64,000 nucleotides of DNA from Eledone cirrhosa (lineage: Eukaryota): assembly GCA_964016885.1 (NCBI GenBank), contig OZ024741.1, forward strand, positions 392,274,001 through 392,338,000, given 5' to 3'. The notes beneath the pieces are model-generated. The model was not told the DNA's origin and did not search any database. It was given only the letters and a program-made list of their open reading frames with translations. A program made the position numbers and the translations under genes. The first letter of the stretch is position 1. Every line of letters begins with the position of its first letter. This document shows, piece after piece, positions 28,306-42,454 of the stretch.

Positions 28306-28671
28306 CTTCTTTTTGACGAATTTATCCCAGTAGCTTTGTGGAAAGGAACCTGTACTCAAGACAAGTTTATCCCATTGAGCTTTAATGTCATCTTCATCAG
28401 GTTGTTCAGCAATATACAAGCCTTCAAATTCTAGTTTGCGAGCAATTTCTTTCTCTCGTTTGAAGATTACTAAAGGCACTTTGAGGCAATAATAAGCCAT
28501 CAACATTGAGAAGGAGGCTATTGAATGTAATATTGCTAACACTTCTAAAACTGGTAACAAATAGTCCACATCTTCTTCCATGATCACAACCTCTTCAGCA
28601 TCATCATCATCAGATGTTCCATTACTTCCAGTGTTATCCTCTTCTACCATAGCCTGAGTTACCTTGTTCAC
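28306..28671 (-). CDS. RyR: RyR exon (VNKVTQ...[28 protein letters not shown]...YWDKFVKKK), S1-S2 loop and S2
   Basis: tag/gtaagt sites; 366 nt; [13 protein letters not shown] signature. Confidence 0.97.
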
Positions 28672-30920
28672 CTAACAATAGAATAGATTCATAGTTTAAG
28701 ATTTCACAAATATGTACCCTATATAAATTAGAATTAAAATTATAATTCTTTTACCATCTTAAGTTTAGTTAATATAGTGTTTAAGATAATTAATTCTGAA
28801 ATATTTGTCAAAAACAAAAATAATTAAAGAATACAGATTTAGACTTTATTATAAAAATATAAAATTCAAATTCAAAAATACACAATATATAAATAATTAT
28901 AATAAATGATTTGAGTGTTCATGACATCTTTTTAGCTTTAAGAAAATACTAGTTAGTAGTCAATATCAAGTTTTTTTTTAGAATGAGAGTGATATTATAA
29001 ATTCTTTTTGGATAATAGGAGAACAGTAGATTGCTTTTCTCTGGAAAAGGTAATTAATTTGTTGTTTAATTTAGAAAATTTACAATTTCTCAAATATATT
29101 TTTTAAAGAATGATCTTGAAAATTTATTATATCAATATAAATGATGTACATGAAATTACATAATAGCATAATAGCAAAGTTCACATTTCCCCCAAACAAA
29201 TATGCTGACAATATAGATAGCTTGAAATAACAAACACAAATACCATAGCTGTCACAATTCAACACATACATATGTCTCTATTACTTGATTATATAAATAT
29301 TTCACATAAAAATATAGAATCGAAACAAAAGAAAATATTAAGTTAACATTAAATATGTCAATTGGTCACACACCACAAGGGGTGCTGGAGCCTCTCTCTA
29401 ATACTTTTTGAGGCAAGCCAACACCCTGGCAGCATTACCACAGGCAATTGTATATCATAACAGCTAAAGGATATTTTTGTCAATATTCTTATTGTTCTTG
29501 ATATAACATGCTTATACTGTTTCTGTCTACTTAACTGTATTAAATATAAAATTATTAGATATATATTTTTTAATACAGATTTTATAACTATAAAATTTCA
29601 TCTAGTGTCTGAGAATTGAAAGTGATTTCTATTTTCCAGTTACTGGAACTGAAAAGAAAACAATGTGTTATATATTAACTAAAGATTTAGTACCTTAGAG
29701 CTCTAAGCTTCATTACCTCTTAGTCAAAACTTAAAAATAAATAAAATCTTTAAGCAGGCCTCTATTTTTTCCCAGATATGATATTAGTTTCCCACAAACA
29801 ACAAATTATCAATTCTATCAACTAATAGGTAATTTGAAATTAATAATCCATCAGCTTGCTTGAAGAAGTATATAAAATATTGAAATATAAAAGAATACCA
29901 ATTAATTCTGTAATGAAATATGCTGCTTAAATTTCAATTAATTGTGAGATAAAAATTGGGGATACATTTCGTAAAATAACTAACTTTTCCCTCCATTTAT
30001 TTGTATACTAAATGATGTTTATGACAATTTAACAAAACTATTCTTAGATAAGGTAATAATAGAAAGTATTAATTTACATAATGTCATAGAACAAAGGGCA
30101 GTGTCAAATACTCCTCAAAAAGATTTTGTTGATAGGAGTACTGCTTTTCAATGCAGAGGAAAGGAAGACAAACAAATACCAGGGATTGTCCAGCCGCTTC
30201 CTCTTTGCACCAATCACCGTCAAGACCCCACACTGCCATGCTCCTCTGCAAGATTAGAACATCAGCGGCCCATCTGAGGAAGGAGCCCCATGAGGTGGGG
30301 TGGCTGGCCATTGTCTGCGGTCTTGTCCACAGAGTGCAGCCCCATTACTGCCGCACCCTAGGCCCAGAGCTCATCACCCCCTCCTCACTCTTCTGTGACA
30401 CTAGAGCCCTTGCCTTTCCCTTCCTTTCCCTTTTTAAAAAATATTTTCTTATTTTACATTCTATTTCTGTTACAGGAAGCTCCTCCGCCATAATTGAAGT
30501 ATATTTTTTAGATATTGTTATCAAATGTCAAAACAATTTCAGTTGACATTTCATCAATTTTAATATTTCTACTTTGATCTGATTGCATATATAGGTTTAA
30601 TACATTTTCTCATTAGAATTAAACACTAATATTGAACTCTTACTTAACAATATAATACAATATAATAGAAAACATTATGACTTGATCTTCATTCAAGACA
30701 ATTCATAGTTCAGCAGGGCTTTTTAACCATAAATATATCCATACATTATATTAAAGCTGTAGATGGAATATTACTGTTTAGGGGGGCTTCTAATTATATT
30801 CATTTAAGGGAAATTTTGATAAATAAACATTGATAATAATCTCAGACTTTGAGATAATTAATTGAAAATATATTAATTAGTGGAACAACTGACTAAAAGC
30901 AATGGTGTTTAAGTTCATAC

Positions 30921-31007
30921 CTTGTAAAAGAGTAATATAAAGTTGATGAAGAAAGCAAGAGCCAAGGCCACATATTTGAAATTATAAAAGTTTCTTGCAA
31001 AATAACT
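30921..31007 (-). CDS. RyR: RyR exon (SYFARNFYNFKYVALALAFFINFILLFYK), S1
   Basis: cag/gtatg sites; ARNFYN...AF.INFILLFYK. Confidence 0.96.
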
Positions 31008-32545
31008 CTGCAAAGATAAAAGGAACAGATTATTAATGGTAGGTATATTTGATTTATATCTTTTCAGTGAATTTCAAAAACTCTATCAAGAATTAAAGCA
31101 AATTAAAATCTTCCATATCTTTAAATAATCAAATTATTATGATGTTTCAATAAATATATCTATGTTGTGTGTATAATGTTTACTTCAAGAGCTCAGGATT
31201 AGTCAAGTAATTAAGAAGTACATTTTACAATCACGAGATTCATAGTTCAAACCTAATATGTGGCATTTTAGGCTAATGTATTTTATTATAGTCTTGGGTA
31301 GACTCAAACCTTGTGAGTAAAACTGGGTTGTCATAAACTCTGTGGAAGCCTGTCAAATTGCATCTGTAATTCAATGATAGATGATCAATTTACTTAATAT
31401 ATTTAGTTTAAACATTCAAAATTCTGCCAAATTCTCCTGATGCATGGAGCTCTTATAAACTCTTATCACATTAGTTTTGTAAGTTCATTTGAGTTTCATA
31501 GATAGTCTATTTTTACATTGTACTTAATGCCAGCACTTTGCACTATTAATAGCATTAGGTTTGATCTCAATGTGTAACACCATGGCCAACTGTTTTCTAC
31601 AATAGTCTTGTACTGACCAATAATTGGAAGTATAGTTTGGCAAATCGAAACTATGCAGAACCTCATCTCTCACTCTCTCTCTCTCTCTCCCACACACACA
31701 CACACACACAAACATATATGTAAATGCTTCTCTTCCTCTGCATCATCATTTTCCATTGCCTCTGTTCATTTCTTCCTTGGTTTTTCACTTTCACAACTAA
31801 CTTCCATTTTGAAATTCTGGCACCTCTTCACCCAACAATTATCATCCATATGTATCACTTGTCCAAATCAATGCAATCTTTTCTCTTCCATACATCAAAT
31901 TCCTCTTATGCACAGTTTTTCTCTCATCTATCTTTCATTGTTCATGCATGCTAATGTTACATATCCAGTGAATCATGCTTGCCTCATTTTTTTCTTAATC
32001 TTCTTCCATCCTCTGGATTCAATTAAATGCTAATATCTCACTACCATGCAGATATCACACAATCTACACTTCATTACCAGCAGAGGTGGAAGCTCTCTGA
32101 ATTTTTTACCCTTTGATGTTATATTTGTATCAAAATTATCATCATCATCACCGTTTAATGTCTATTTTCCATGCTTGCATAGGTTAGACAACTGTTACAT
32201 GTTGAGGCCAGTCTGATGACTAGGTCTTGTTCATACGTTTTGGCTTAGCTTTTATGGTTTGATGCCCTTCCTAATGCTAACCACTTTACAGCATGGAAAG
32301 TATATGTATGTATATGTGTACATTTGTATATATACATGTGTGTATGTTTATGTTGATGCTAGTATAAAAACTGTTGTTCTTAACGTTATCTCCTTTTATT
32401 TCTCATAGCTTTGTAGTTTGATAAAATAAGTACCAGACTAAAATAATTGCTGAGGTCAATATGGTCAACTAAAACCCTTGAAGGTGATAAAACAACAGAA
32501 ATAAAAAAAAAATCATCCCAATATCATAATTTTTATGATGATTAC

Positions 32546-32672
32546 CAGGATATATTTTCCATAATCAAAAGCTTTAGTTTCGTAAGGTACTTCTTCTTCT
32601 CCTGTGATAACACCCTCGTCACCCTCAAGCTCTTCTCCCTTGCCACTATCGACAGTTGCAGTGCCATTAGTT
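32546..32672 (-). CDS. RyR: RyR exon, divergent region 1 (TNGTATVDSGKGEELEGDEG...AFDYGKYIL)
   Basis: tag/gtaat sites; 127 nt, phase 2->0; acidic low-complexity sequence leading into S1. Confidence 0.85.
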
Positions 32673-32798
32673 CTAGAAAAATAAACAACAGAATTTAAGA
32701 TTAATACCATGTATAAAAAACCACAATTTATGTTGTCAATAAACACATCAGTTTATTTAAAAAAAATCCTGAGATATAAATGTAGTAAGAAAACATAC

Positions 32799-32869
32799 AT
32801 TTCATGTGTAGTTGCTCCAGTTGTAGTTGTAGTTTCTTGGTCAGCTTCACCCATCAACAATTTTTCTTC
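32799..32869 (-). CDS. RyR: RyR exon, divergent region 1 (EEKLLMGEADQETTTTTGATTHEI)
   Basis: tag/gtatgt sites; 71 nt, phase 0->2, needed for frame between neighbours. Confidence 0.8.
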
Positions 32870-34135
32870 CTATAATGAAAGAAAACAGAAAAAGGTAATA
32901 TTTATTTCATAACGTCAATATATCCATTGATATTCAATCCTATATTATATTTATGGGCTTACATCAGCTTCTCCAGCCAATTATGATGTTCTGTAAATAA
33001 AAAAACAAAAACAAGCAATTTCCATAGCTTTGTATGATGATGGTTTTATTTTTCATTCATCTAGGTCCACAAGACATAAAAATATTTCCAATTTGACATA
33101 CCTTCAAAAAGGTTTGCTTACCTGTACTCAATAGAAACAAGATTTATGTAAATCCATATGATTAAGAAGTATTTTATTAGAATGAAAGCCCAGGTAGACA
33201 AGTTTAAAGACATTTAGCATTCCTTTATAACTAGAAGAAAAAGGATTATGAACTGTGATAAATGAAATAGAAATCAAAACACACAAGAAAGATGCCTATG
33301 TATGTTAGCAAATGGTCAAATAACCTTTTACTCAACAGCCCCTCAGAGTAGAAAGAAACTGAACCCAAAGATACAATAAAGAGAAGCTAAGATTCATCGA
33401 ACTTAGAAATTGCCTCTCCGCATACACATAAACACAAGGAAGAGCACTGTCATATGATTTGATCATGTAATAGTGAATTACTTTATAACCTATATTATAG
33501 TCACAATGTTATTCATGTTATTGATGCCCAAATTCTTATATAGTAATCTAAGAATGTTAATGTTCTCACTTTGCTTTGCAAATTATAAACAAACCCAATG
33601 AAACAGTAAATTCAGATATTTGAAATACTCTTTAAGTAACATATATGTAAACATGAGTAGGGTAGCATATTTGTTTGATTTCAATATATTTACACATGAG
33701 TGACCATATACAAGGCATCATATATATGTAAAGCTTGGTCAATGTTTCAACAAAAGAAAGTGAAATAGATATTTAGCATCCATGCATATAATCTTAATTG
33801 TCACTAAAGAAAAACAAACACCATAGATGATTACTTCAAGATGTTATATTTGATATAGTTAAGTGTGGCCTAACATAATGTAGTAAGCTATCAATTTTTT
33901 AAAGTGATTACAATTGTGGAAGAAAAACCATTAACTTTAATGATTACATCTTGTTAAGAAAGACAAAAGGAGACAACTTCAAAATCAAAATTAATTGAAA
34001 AAGAGGCCTGCAGTGGGAAGAGAGCCTGGTTTTTGGTAAGAACAGTAACCCCAAGGAACCTTGACTGGCATTACACCTTAAAATAATTTTGAGTTACTTT
34101 CTACAATTATATGTTTCAGTTACTAATATACTTAC

Positions 34136-34256
34136 CAGAAACATATCAGATGAAATTTCAGCAGTAGCTGCAGGTGTTTCCTTTGTTGGTACACTACCAT
34201 TTACTGTTGTAACATCAACTTCTGGTGTTGTCTGTCCCTCTGTCACACTGATAGAT
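34136..34256 (-). CDS. RyR: RyR exon, divergent region 1 (SISVTEGQTTPEVDV...SSDMFL)
   Basis: tag/gtaagt sites; 121 nt, phase 2->0, open frame. Confidence 0.8.
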
Positions 34257-35462
34257 CTAAGCAAATATATAAAAAACACATGAATATCTACTTTAAAAAA
34301 AGCCACACAATTTCTAGGTAGGACAACAGAAAATTATGACATTTATGTATTTTCCAAAGATATCACTTTTTTTTAAACATATGCACAAGGCATCACATTT
34401 TTAGGGTAGATGTTGTCAATTATATTGACCTTGGTACTTCACTGGTACTTTATTGATCCAGGAAAAATAAAAGTCAAAATTAAGCTCAGTGGGATATGAA
34501 CTTAGAACATAGAAGTACTGTGATGCCTTTGGTCCAGCACTCTATTGTTTCTGGCAATTTACTGTAGTCCTGTATCCCAAAGATATTAACAGCAAAAGTA
34601 AAATAATGTCTCCTTTGTATCAAAATTAGATTCGAAATTTGATTTTTGAAGAACCAACATCTCCACCATAACGCCCATATATTGTTACTTCCAAAATGTT
34701 TGCATGGTGAATTGGGAGTCATTAGGGCATTGGATTAAATATTATAGTATTTGCTGCAGCTTACTATACTCTGAGCTCAAATCCTGAGGTCAACTTTGCC
34801 TTTCAGACTTCAGGGTCAATAAAGAAAATATCAGGCCAGAGGCAGTGGATTGGCAGAATTATTAAAGAGTCAGACAGGAAGCTTTGTGGTATCTGAACTA
34901 GTTCTGTGCATTCTGAGTTTAAACCTCCTTCTGCCAAGAGTTGTGACATGATAGTATCAGCAATGTAAAAGCCATCAGAAACATTATTTCTTTAATTCAA
35001 TCTGGTGCAGAAGAGAACATCCAATTAAATCAATGCCAATCAATACTTTAGTAGTATTTACTTTTATTGAAATATGTAAGAGGAAAAGCAAAGTTAGCCT
35101 TGAAAGAATTTGAAGTAAAAATGTAGAGGCATAACTGAATAGCACAAAACATTTGACTGTTTCTTTACTGGTTCTGTCATTTACCACCCTAGTAAAGCTA
35201 TATTGAATTCTATCTTAAGGACAAGGAGACAAGATTATGGGGAAGTTTAAGTTGATTAAAATAGAGTACCACTCATTACTTGAGTTGTACTCTATTTCAT
35301 CAAAATAAGTGAAAGCTGACCTTGATGATGTGTAATCAGAATATAAAGAAACTTGACTATATACTAAAGGCACCTAACTTGTCTCAGTATCAATTCTGCC
35401 CATCCAGCACCCTAGTAAAGAATTATAATAGTAATGAAAGAATTCATTGTGCTCTAACTTAC

Positions 35463-35696
35463 TCTTTAAGACCATTTTCTTTCTTAGCAGGGAACGTTTT
35501 AACAGGTCCTCCATTTTCTTGCGTAACCTTTGGTGTTGCTGGTACTGCTCCACTAGGCGTTTCTGGCGCTCCTAATGCTAATGGAGCAGGCATTATAGCA
35601 GGGGGATGTTTAGTAGCAGTAGCCTTTACAGCATCTGAAGTCACCTCCATACCTCGGTCACCCATCATCATATTTATCAAGAATTTGGCTAAAGTC
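35463..35696 (-). CDS. RyR: RyR exon (TLAKFLINMMMGDRGMEV...KKENGLKE)
   Basis: aag/gtaagt sites; 234 nt, phase 2->2; completes the TGG codon of the previous exon. Confidence 0.85.
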
Positions 35697-37111
35697 CTTT
35701 TGGTACAAATAAAAACAAAACAAAATATAAAGAGACATTGAAAAGCAAAAGGGTCATGTCTAAGGGAATTTATAACCACTGTATTTTAGAAATGTCAATT
35801 ATTTCAATATTATAACATTATACACTCACAGAACAAAGATGATCATGTGTACTATACATATATAAATTTATAACATATTCTTTATATTGATAGTCTGCAG
35901 TACTGGGACTGGGAAGAGCACAAATCAAAGGAGTACTCGATACATAGTAAGATGCAGAGTGGATATGTTAGTGGAAGTAGAGGATCTGCCATGAGCTTGG
36001 CGGTTTTGGCTAGTTACCTCTACTGGCAGGGGTAACTAGCCGAAACTGCTGAGCTCACAGTAGATCCTTTATGTCCATTAATAACATATTTTTTACATTT
36101 TTTTTACTGGTTTCAGTTATTGAGGCACTACCTTCAAGGGATTTATCATCCTCATAAGGGTGAAAAGCAAAGGTAACTTGGGAATGAAGGGATGTAACTA
36201 AAAACCACAAAGTATTTTTATTTGATACACCAATTCTGTCATCCCATACCAATATATATATATGATAAGTTCTGCTCTGAAACTATCTACCAAGTTTCAC
36301 TGATAAAGCTGTGGTCGAAGTGACATACCAAAGTGCCAAACAGAAAGATCAAAACTGGAATCACATAAACTCAAAACGAACTTCTAAACTCCTATCTATA
36401 TACAAAATTTGTCCACATATTAAAAAGTGGAAACTGTTAATGAATTCCCAAGAGAAAAAAAAAAACACCATTTATGCTTAGGCTAAAGGGAGAGAAAAAG
36501 CTCAGAGAGTATCACAATTTTTCTGAAGCAGCTAGTCCCTAACATCAAACATGACCTGCACCAATAACTTCTTCAGTATCAGTCTGGAGAAAACTGTATT
36601 AAACCCAAGCTTTGTCACCTGACAAGCTTAAGGTTGCAGCTGACAATGTACCAAGTTTCTTTTTGTTGAACCCATAGTGGCACAAATATCTGGTGTTCTG
36701 GACCTTTGAACCTTACTCCCTTTCATTGAGATGGAGATGGTTATCTGCAATATGATTCCTGTGTGGTTGACTGACTCTCAGCACATCTCCCTCGTTATAT
36801 TTCGAAGATACCACAGCTGCCATTTTATTTGTTGGAACCAGGAAACATTTTGGGACACACAGCGATTTCCTCTGTTTATTGTATTTATGAAATAAAAATA
36901 TTTTAAGTCACAAATAAACGTTTTGAGACCAAAACATTAATTCAATATAAATTGCATGCTTATGAATTTGTAAAATAAATTATTCTTTATTTTTCTCAGG
37001 CCAGATGCCCCTGCCCAGTTTCTTATATACTTAAAACTTGCCTTTGGTGCACAAAATATCCCCCTCTCTTGCTCCAGAAAATGACTGTTGTTTTTGTAAT
37101 AAATTACTTAC

Positions 37112-37312
37112 CAGAATATATGGAATATCAGTGTTAATATTGATAGTCCGAATTGGATATTTCCTTTAAGGATCATCATAAACACTTGTCCGTAGGTCAT
37201 ACTGCGGAATGTCTGATATGTATTCTTGATATTGGACCATGTGAACAATGATAATAAGGATCCGATGAAATCTCGAATGGTACGATATGTTGCCTTCACT
37301 GGCTCTAAAATG
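37112..37312 (-). CDS. RyR: RyR exon (ILEPVKATYRTIRDFIGSLLSLFTWSNIK...IFHIFW), auxiliary membrane helices before S1
   Basis: cag/gtaagt sites; 201 nt; amphipathic and hydrophobic helices. Confidence 0.88.
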
Positions 37313-38014
37313 CTGTCAAAATAAAAGGCAAAATATATATTTAAAGATATAAAGGATTGATACATGTTTGCCATTCACTTATAGGTTAGCACTTGTAATA
37401 AAACTTGCAAAATATCCACACAGTGATAGTTATTTATTTACAAACACATCTTTCAGTATAATGATCTCTTTCACTATATGATACAGTATACCCACATGCA
37501 CACACATGTGTCTGGATGCTGTAGCAGCAGCTGGTTACTTTTCCCATCTATAGGGGTAGTTTACCTCATTTTCTAAAGTATCATTTATAGCAATTAATTG
37601 TAGTTACAGTTACTTTCTGCATTTGAGATTTTCTACATTTCTTAAGAATACACACACACACACACACACACACTCATACATATATATCAATTTTATGTGG
37701 CTATAAGCAAGTACCATATGAAGATGCATTTCAGTGTTGTAAACATTTAGGCACGTATAATTGATAAATGTATCATTATCTTGTAATGTAGGGTTCACAT
37801 TCTCATATAAGATGGCAGAGAGTAGATGAAGATCAGTAAAAATATTATTGATCAAGATACATGCAAACAAAATACCCTGATAATCTTGGTTACAGTAATG
37901 GGAACAACCAATCAGTTAACAATATTTTATGTACAACCACTTTGCAATATTTTCAGAAATCAGTTGAAATAAATTTTATTGTACTTAGATTATGTAAGAC
38001 AACATTCTTCTCAC

Positions 38015-38088
38015 CTTCCTGCTCCTACACCACCTATTGCAGATGACAACTTCAACTCCTCCCCAGTGATACTTGTTGCATGTTGCAT
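38015..38088 (-). CDS. RyR: RyR exon (MQHATSITGEELKLSSAIGGVGAGS)
   Basis: cag/gtgag sites; continues CEDTIFE|MQHA. Confidence 0.92.
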
Positions 38089-38388
38089 CTGCATAAATAA
38101 ATACAACATGTACACAGGTCTATAGTTCCATATGAATATTTGCAATCAAATTAGCTTGATCTTTCATAAGGAACCTAAATTATGTTAGTGATGAGGCATT
38201 AAGGTAATTAAAGTGGTGAAAATGGAAATAGTGATGGTGATAAGGACAATGACAATAATGATAGAGTTGATAATAGCAATAATAGTAAAATGGATATAAA
38301 CAGTGGTAATACTAACAGTGATGATGGTAGTGAAGATAACAAAATGATATAGATGATTACGAGCATGCTATAGATGGTAAGTTATTAC

Positions 38389-38487
38389 CTCAAAGATTGT
38401 ATCTTCACAAAAGTTTACAAAACTTTCAAGTTTTTCTTTATCTCCTCCCTCATTGATCACACTGTGCAAAAATGATCTTTTGGATTC
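38389..38487 (-). CDS. RyR: RyR exon ([33 protein letters not shown]), thumb-and-forefingers region
   Basis: tag/gtaat sites; [11 protein letters not shown] signature. Confidence 0.97.
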
Positions 38488-39179
38488 CTAGAATAGTGAA
38501 GAAAGAAGCATTTAAGATGAATGTCAAGAATATAGAGTATGCAGGTCTTCTGCACTCAAAGCCTATGTTTCACTGCCATGTAACATTGTGGTTTGTACAC
38601 AGGCAATGAAAGAAGAATTATTTTTTCATTTAACTGTCCTTTTCATAGAACTTTCTTTAAGAGCAATGCATCGACTTTTAACTGGCAACATTTGTGTCTT
38701 ATATGAAACACAAATGTAATAACAACAATGTTTCATCTGTGCATATTAAATAAAATATGAATTACTGAATGATAACTTAAGTAACAACAAGCATTCCACA
38801 AGTCAAAGATTTTGTTTCTATTTTGGTACATTAAGCATATTCTTGAAAAAAAAAACAAAACATTACGTGAAAACACCTACATATTGTTTTATTCTAATTG
38901 CTACACTTCAATGAAGATTAACCCACCATATAAAGTAGGCAGTAGACAAAGGCTTAGTGGTAATATGTTTACATAGATTGGAGGATGGAGTGTATAAGTA
39001 ATTCTTAGAAAAAATATTTAAATGGAGATGATGTACTGCATCAGGTTTGAAAATAACTTCTTTCTAAAGTCTATGAAATCTTGAAAAAGGTTATTAACTC
39101 TGCCCTTCCCTACCTGAGTAATCATAAAAACAAAAACAAAATACAAAACTGTTTCATTAAACGCTCTCAACATCTATTC

Positions 39180-41915
39180 ATCATCATCACTGTCATTTTA
39201 ACATGTGCTTTCCCTGCTAGCAAGGGTTGGACACTGATCCCCTAGGCAGGCCAGAGACCTGTGTGCTTATGTATGGTCTCATGTTCCATTGAGTGCTCAG
39301 GAGAGGTTGTCTTGCCTTTGACACAACTGAGGGTCCTCCCAAACCTTTGTTTGGTAAGATTTCTATGGTTGGATGCCCTTCCTGTCACCAACCACTTTTC
39401 AGTCTGTACTGGGTGTGTTTATCATGTAGATCATCAACACAAAGAAGGCTGTCATGCCCTTGATGTGACTGGAGGGTCCTTCTGACCCTTTGTTTGGTTG
39501 CTTGGCAAACTCTCCATCGCTGGAAGCCCTTCCTATCACCTACCACTTTTCGAGGGGTGGGGAGCTGCTGCCAGGAATGTGAGTGTGCATGTGGGGATTT
39601 GAAGTTGAGAATAATTGTTAGGAAGTGCTAGTGGAAGTTGGAGGGGAGGGCAGGTCACATTGTAAGCAGCAGGCCGGGTCTTTTTCAAAACTGCATAGCA
39701 CCAGTCCTTGTGGTCTTTAGTATTTTCTGTTGTAAGGTTTAGCTTTCTAAGGTCAGTCCTTACAACCTCATTCCACGTCTTCTTGGGTCTGCCTCTTCCA
39801 CGAGTCCCAGCCACTGGGATTTATCTGCATTTCTTTATGCAGCTGCCATCTTTCATGTGCATTACATGGCCAAACCAATGCAGTCTTCTCTCTTGCACAT
39901 TACAACCAATTCCTCTTATGCCAAGTTTTTCCCTCAGTTTGCCTATGCTATGTCATTCATGCAAACTAACATTGCACATCCATCGGAGCATACTCAACTC
40001 ATTTCTTTCTAGCCTCTGCAAGTCTTCTGCAGTCAAAGCCTATGTTCCACTGCCATGTAACATTGCGGTTTGTACACAGGCATCATACAGTCTACCCTTC
40101 ACTCTGAAAAAAAAGCATTTTATTGTTAGCAGTGGTAGTAGATCTCTAAACTTCTTCCAGCCTGTTCTTATCCTAGCTATCACACTTTCAGTGCATCTTC
40201 CCCAACAACTAATTTGATCACCTAGGTAGCAAAAGCTGTCCACAACTTCTAGAGCGATCCCCTGGTAACTGAAGGAATCTATTTCATGTGTGTTCTTTGT
40301 GCTTACTTCCCCTGTGCATCTGCTGCATATAAAGTCTATTTTTTCCATTAGCCAAGTCACAATCCCACTACATCTCTTGTATGTCCACACTTTACATTGT
40401 GTGCACCTTATGGAATTTCTACCCACCCCTTTCTGACATCGAGCACAGTCACTTTCCTGATGGCATCACTTTCCTGTCTTATTTCCTACTTATTAAGACT
40501 TTCATCTTCACTAAATTTACTTTTAGCTCTTTCAGCTCTAGGTTCTTCCATGCTTGAAACTTTGCTTCTAATCCTCCTACGGACTCAGCTATGAGCACAT
40601 ATTAAAAGAGTTGGTTGCTCTTCTATACATGGCCTGCACAGCCCTCATAAACCATTCATCTATGCCTAGTTTCCTAAGTGCCCACCAGATTATAGAGCAT
40701 GGGACCCTGTCAAACGGTTTCTCTAGATCTACAAATGCTAGTTACTCTTAGCTAAATACCTCTCCTGTGGTTGTTTCACCAGAAAGAGGGCATCAGTAGT
40801 ACCCCTATCTGACATAAATCCAAACTGCATCTCATCTAACTTGATTCTGTCCCTTTCTACAACTGTCATGACCTGGTCCATCACCTTGATTCCTCTGTAG
40901 TTACTTCTATCTAGTGCATCCCCTTTGCCCTTGTAGCAATTTACAATGACACTGCTACACCAATTGTTGGGTATGATACCAGCGTGTACTACTTAATTAA
41001 ATATGCATCTGACTAGCTCATATCCTACCATGCCAGATACTTTTATCATCACAGCGACTATGCCGGATGGTGCAGCTGCTTTTCATGCCTTCATGTCTTT
41101 AATTGCTTTATCTATTATACTACTGTTAACTTTTATGGCTCAGTAAGGTCTGTCCCATTCATTTTCTTCATTCAGCAGTCTCTTGTAGTATGTTTTCCAT
41201 GCCTCTTTCTTTTTTTTGGGCAAGTCCTCCGCTATCATTTCAGATACACTTCTCTCTACTACATCAAGATTTTCTCTAGCATACTCACAATCACAATCAT
41301 GAACATTTCACACCTCTGATCCTCACGATGCAGAACATGTGCAAAGTTCTTATTTTCTCCCTCTTCCCTCGTTAGATATATTTGGCACCTGGCCTCCCTT
41401 CTTGCTATCTGGTATTGCTTTCTGTCCTCTCCATTCCGCCAGGCTTGTCTTTTTGTTACCTCATCATTCCACCACCATGTCCCCCTCCCATCTTGGTGGG
41501 ACCTTGCTCCAGCCACTGACCTAGCTTGTGACTTCCAGCAGGTTGTCCCATAGAAATTTCCAATTTTTCTCTGTCATATGTCCCCAGCTCTTCTTCTGTC
41601 ATAAGAGTCAAGAAGGATTTCTCTAAATTTGTTACCCACAGAGAATTCTCTCAGCTTCCAAGTCTTCCTTCACTAGACTGGCTTTTGTCTCTTGGTCCAC
41701 CTAGCTCTTACTCTGAAGTCACTGACAACTAATCTATGTTGGGAGGTACATTCCTCCCCAGGGAAGGACTTGGTGTTTACAACCAATTACCGGTCTCTTT
41801 TCTTGGTGAGGACGAAGTCTATTTGTCTTGTATGTCCCCCTGATTGGTAGGTAATCAGGTGGTTGGCTAGTCTTTTGAAGTTTGTGTTACACACCATTAA
41901 GTCAAGAGCATCACT
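39180..41915 (-). mobile_element. Old, internally deleted RTE LINE
   Basis: Endonuclease remnant, TWWWNDEV, PHD-like remnant, GRPKKTW, (GAT)n tail. Confidence 0.88.
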
Positions 41916-42297
41916 GGCTTCTACTATAGCAGGTTCTCCAAATTTCATTGTTGTTTTTTTTTATACTGCACTTATACTGCACTACAGTGTAATATAAAGA
42001 ATGTTTCTTTTTAAACACTATTTTACTTTGAAGCTACTGTGAAAAAACAATCTATTCTAGCATATTACCAAACAAAATTAAACTATATGAACCTAAATAA
42101 GTGTTAGAATTCTGAAGGATTCATAGAAAACAATGTCTTCTGAAGACATCAAAATAAAGAGAGAAGATGAGAAAAAGTCATATAGTTAATAGAATAGTGA
42201 TATTGTCAGGATTTATAAATCTCAAGAAATACAACATAATAGGGGAAAATAAGTTCAATGCAAAAGAGATAACACAATCAATGTAATGTAATTTTAC

Positions 42298-42454
42298 CTT
42301 GATTTGAGGTTTTTCCCATTGGTCAATCTGTGACTGCTTGATCTCAAAATATATACGTTCAATTCTATTTGCACTACCTATGATCTCAATTCTGCCCAAG
42401 TATGGCTTAAAATAATCAAGGACGCTCCGAGCTTTTTCAAGAAAGCGCTCAAGT
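42298..42454 (-). CDS. RyR: RyR exon ([52 protein letters not shown])
   Basis: tag/gtaaa sites; LGRIEI.G...RIER.YFEI...QWEKPQ. Confidence 0.97.
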
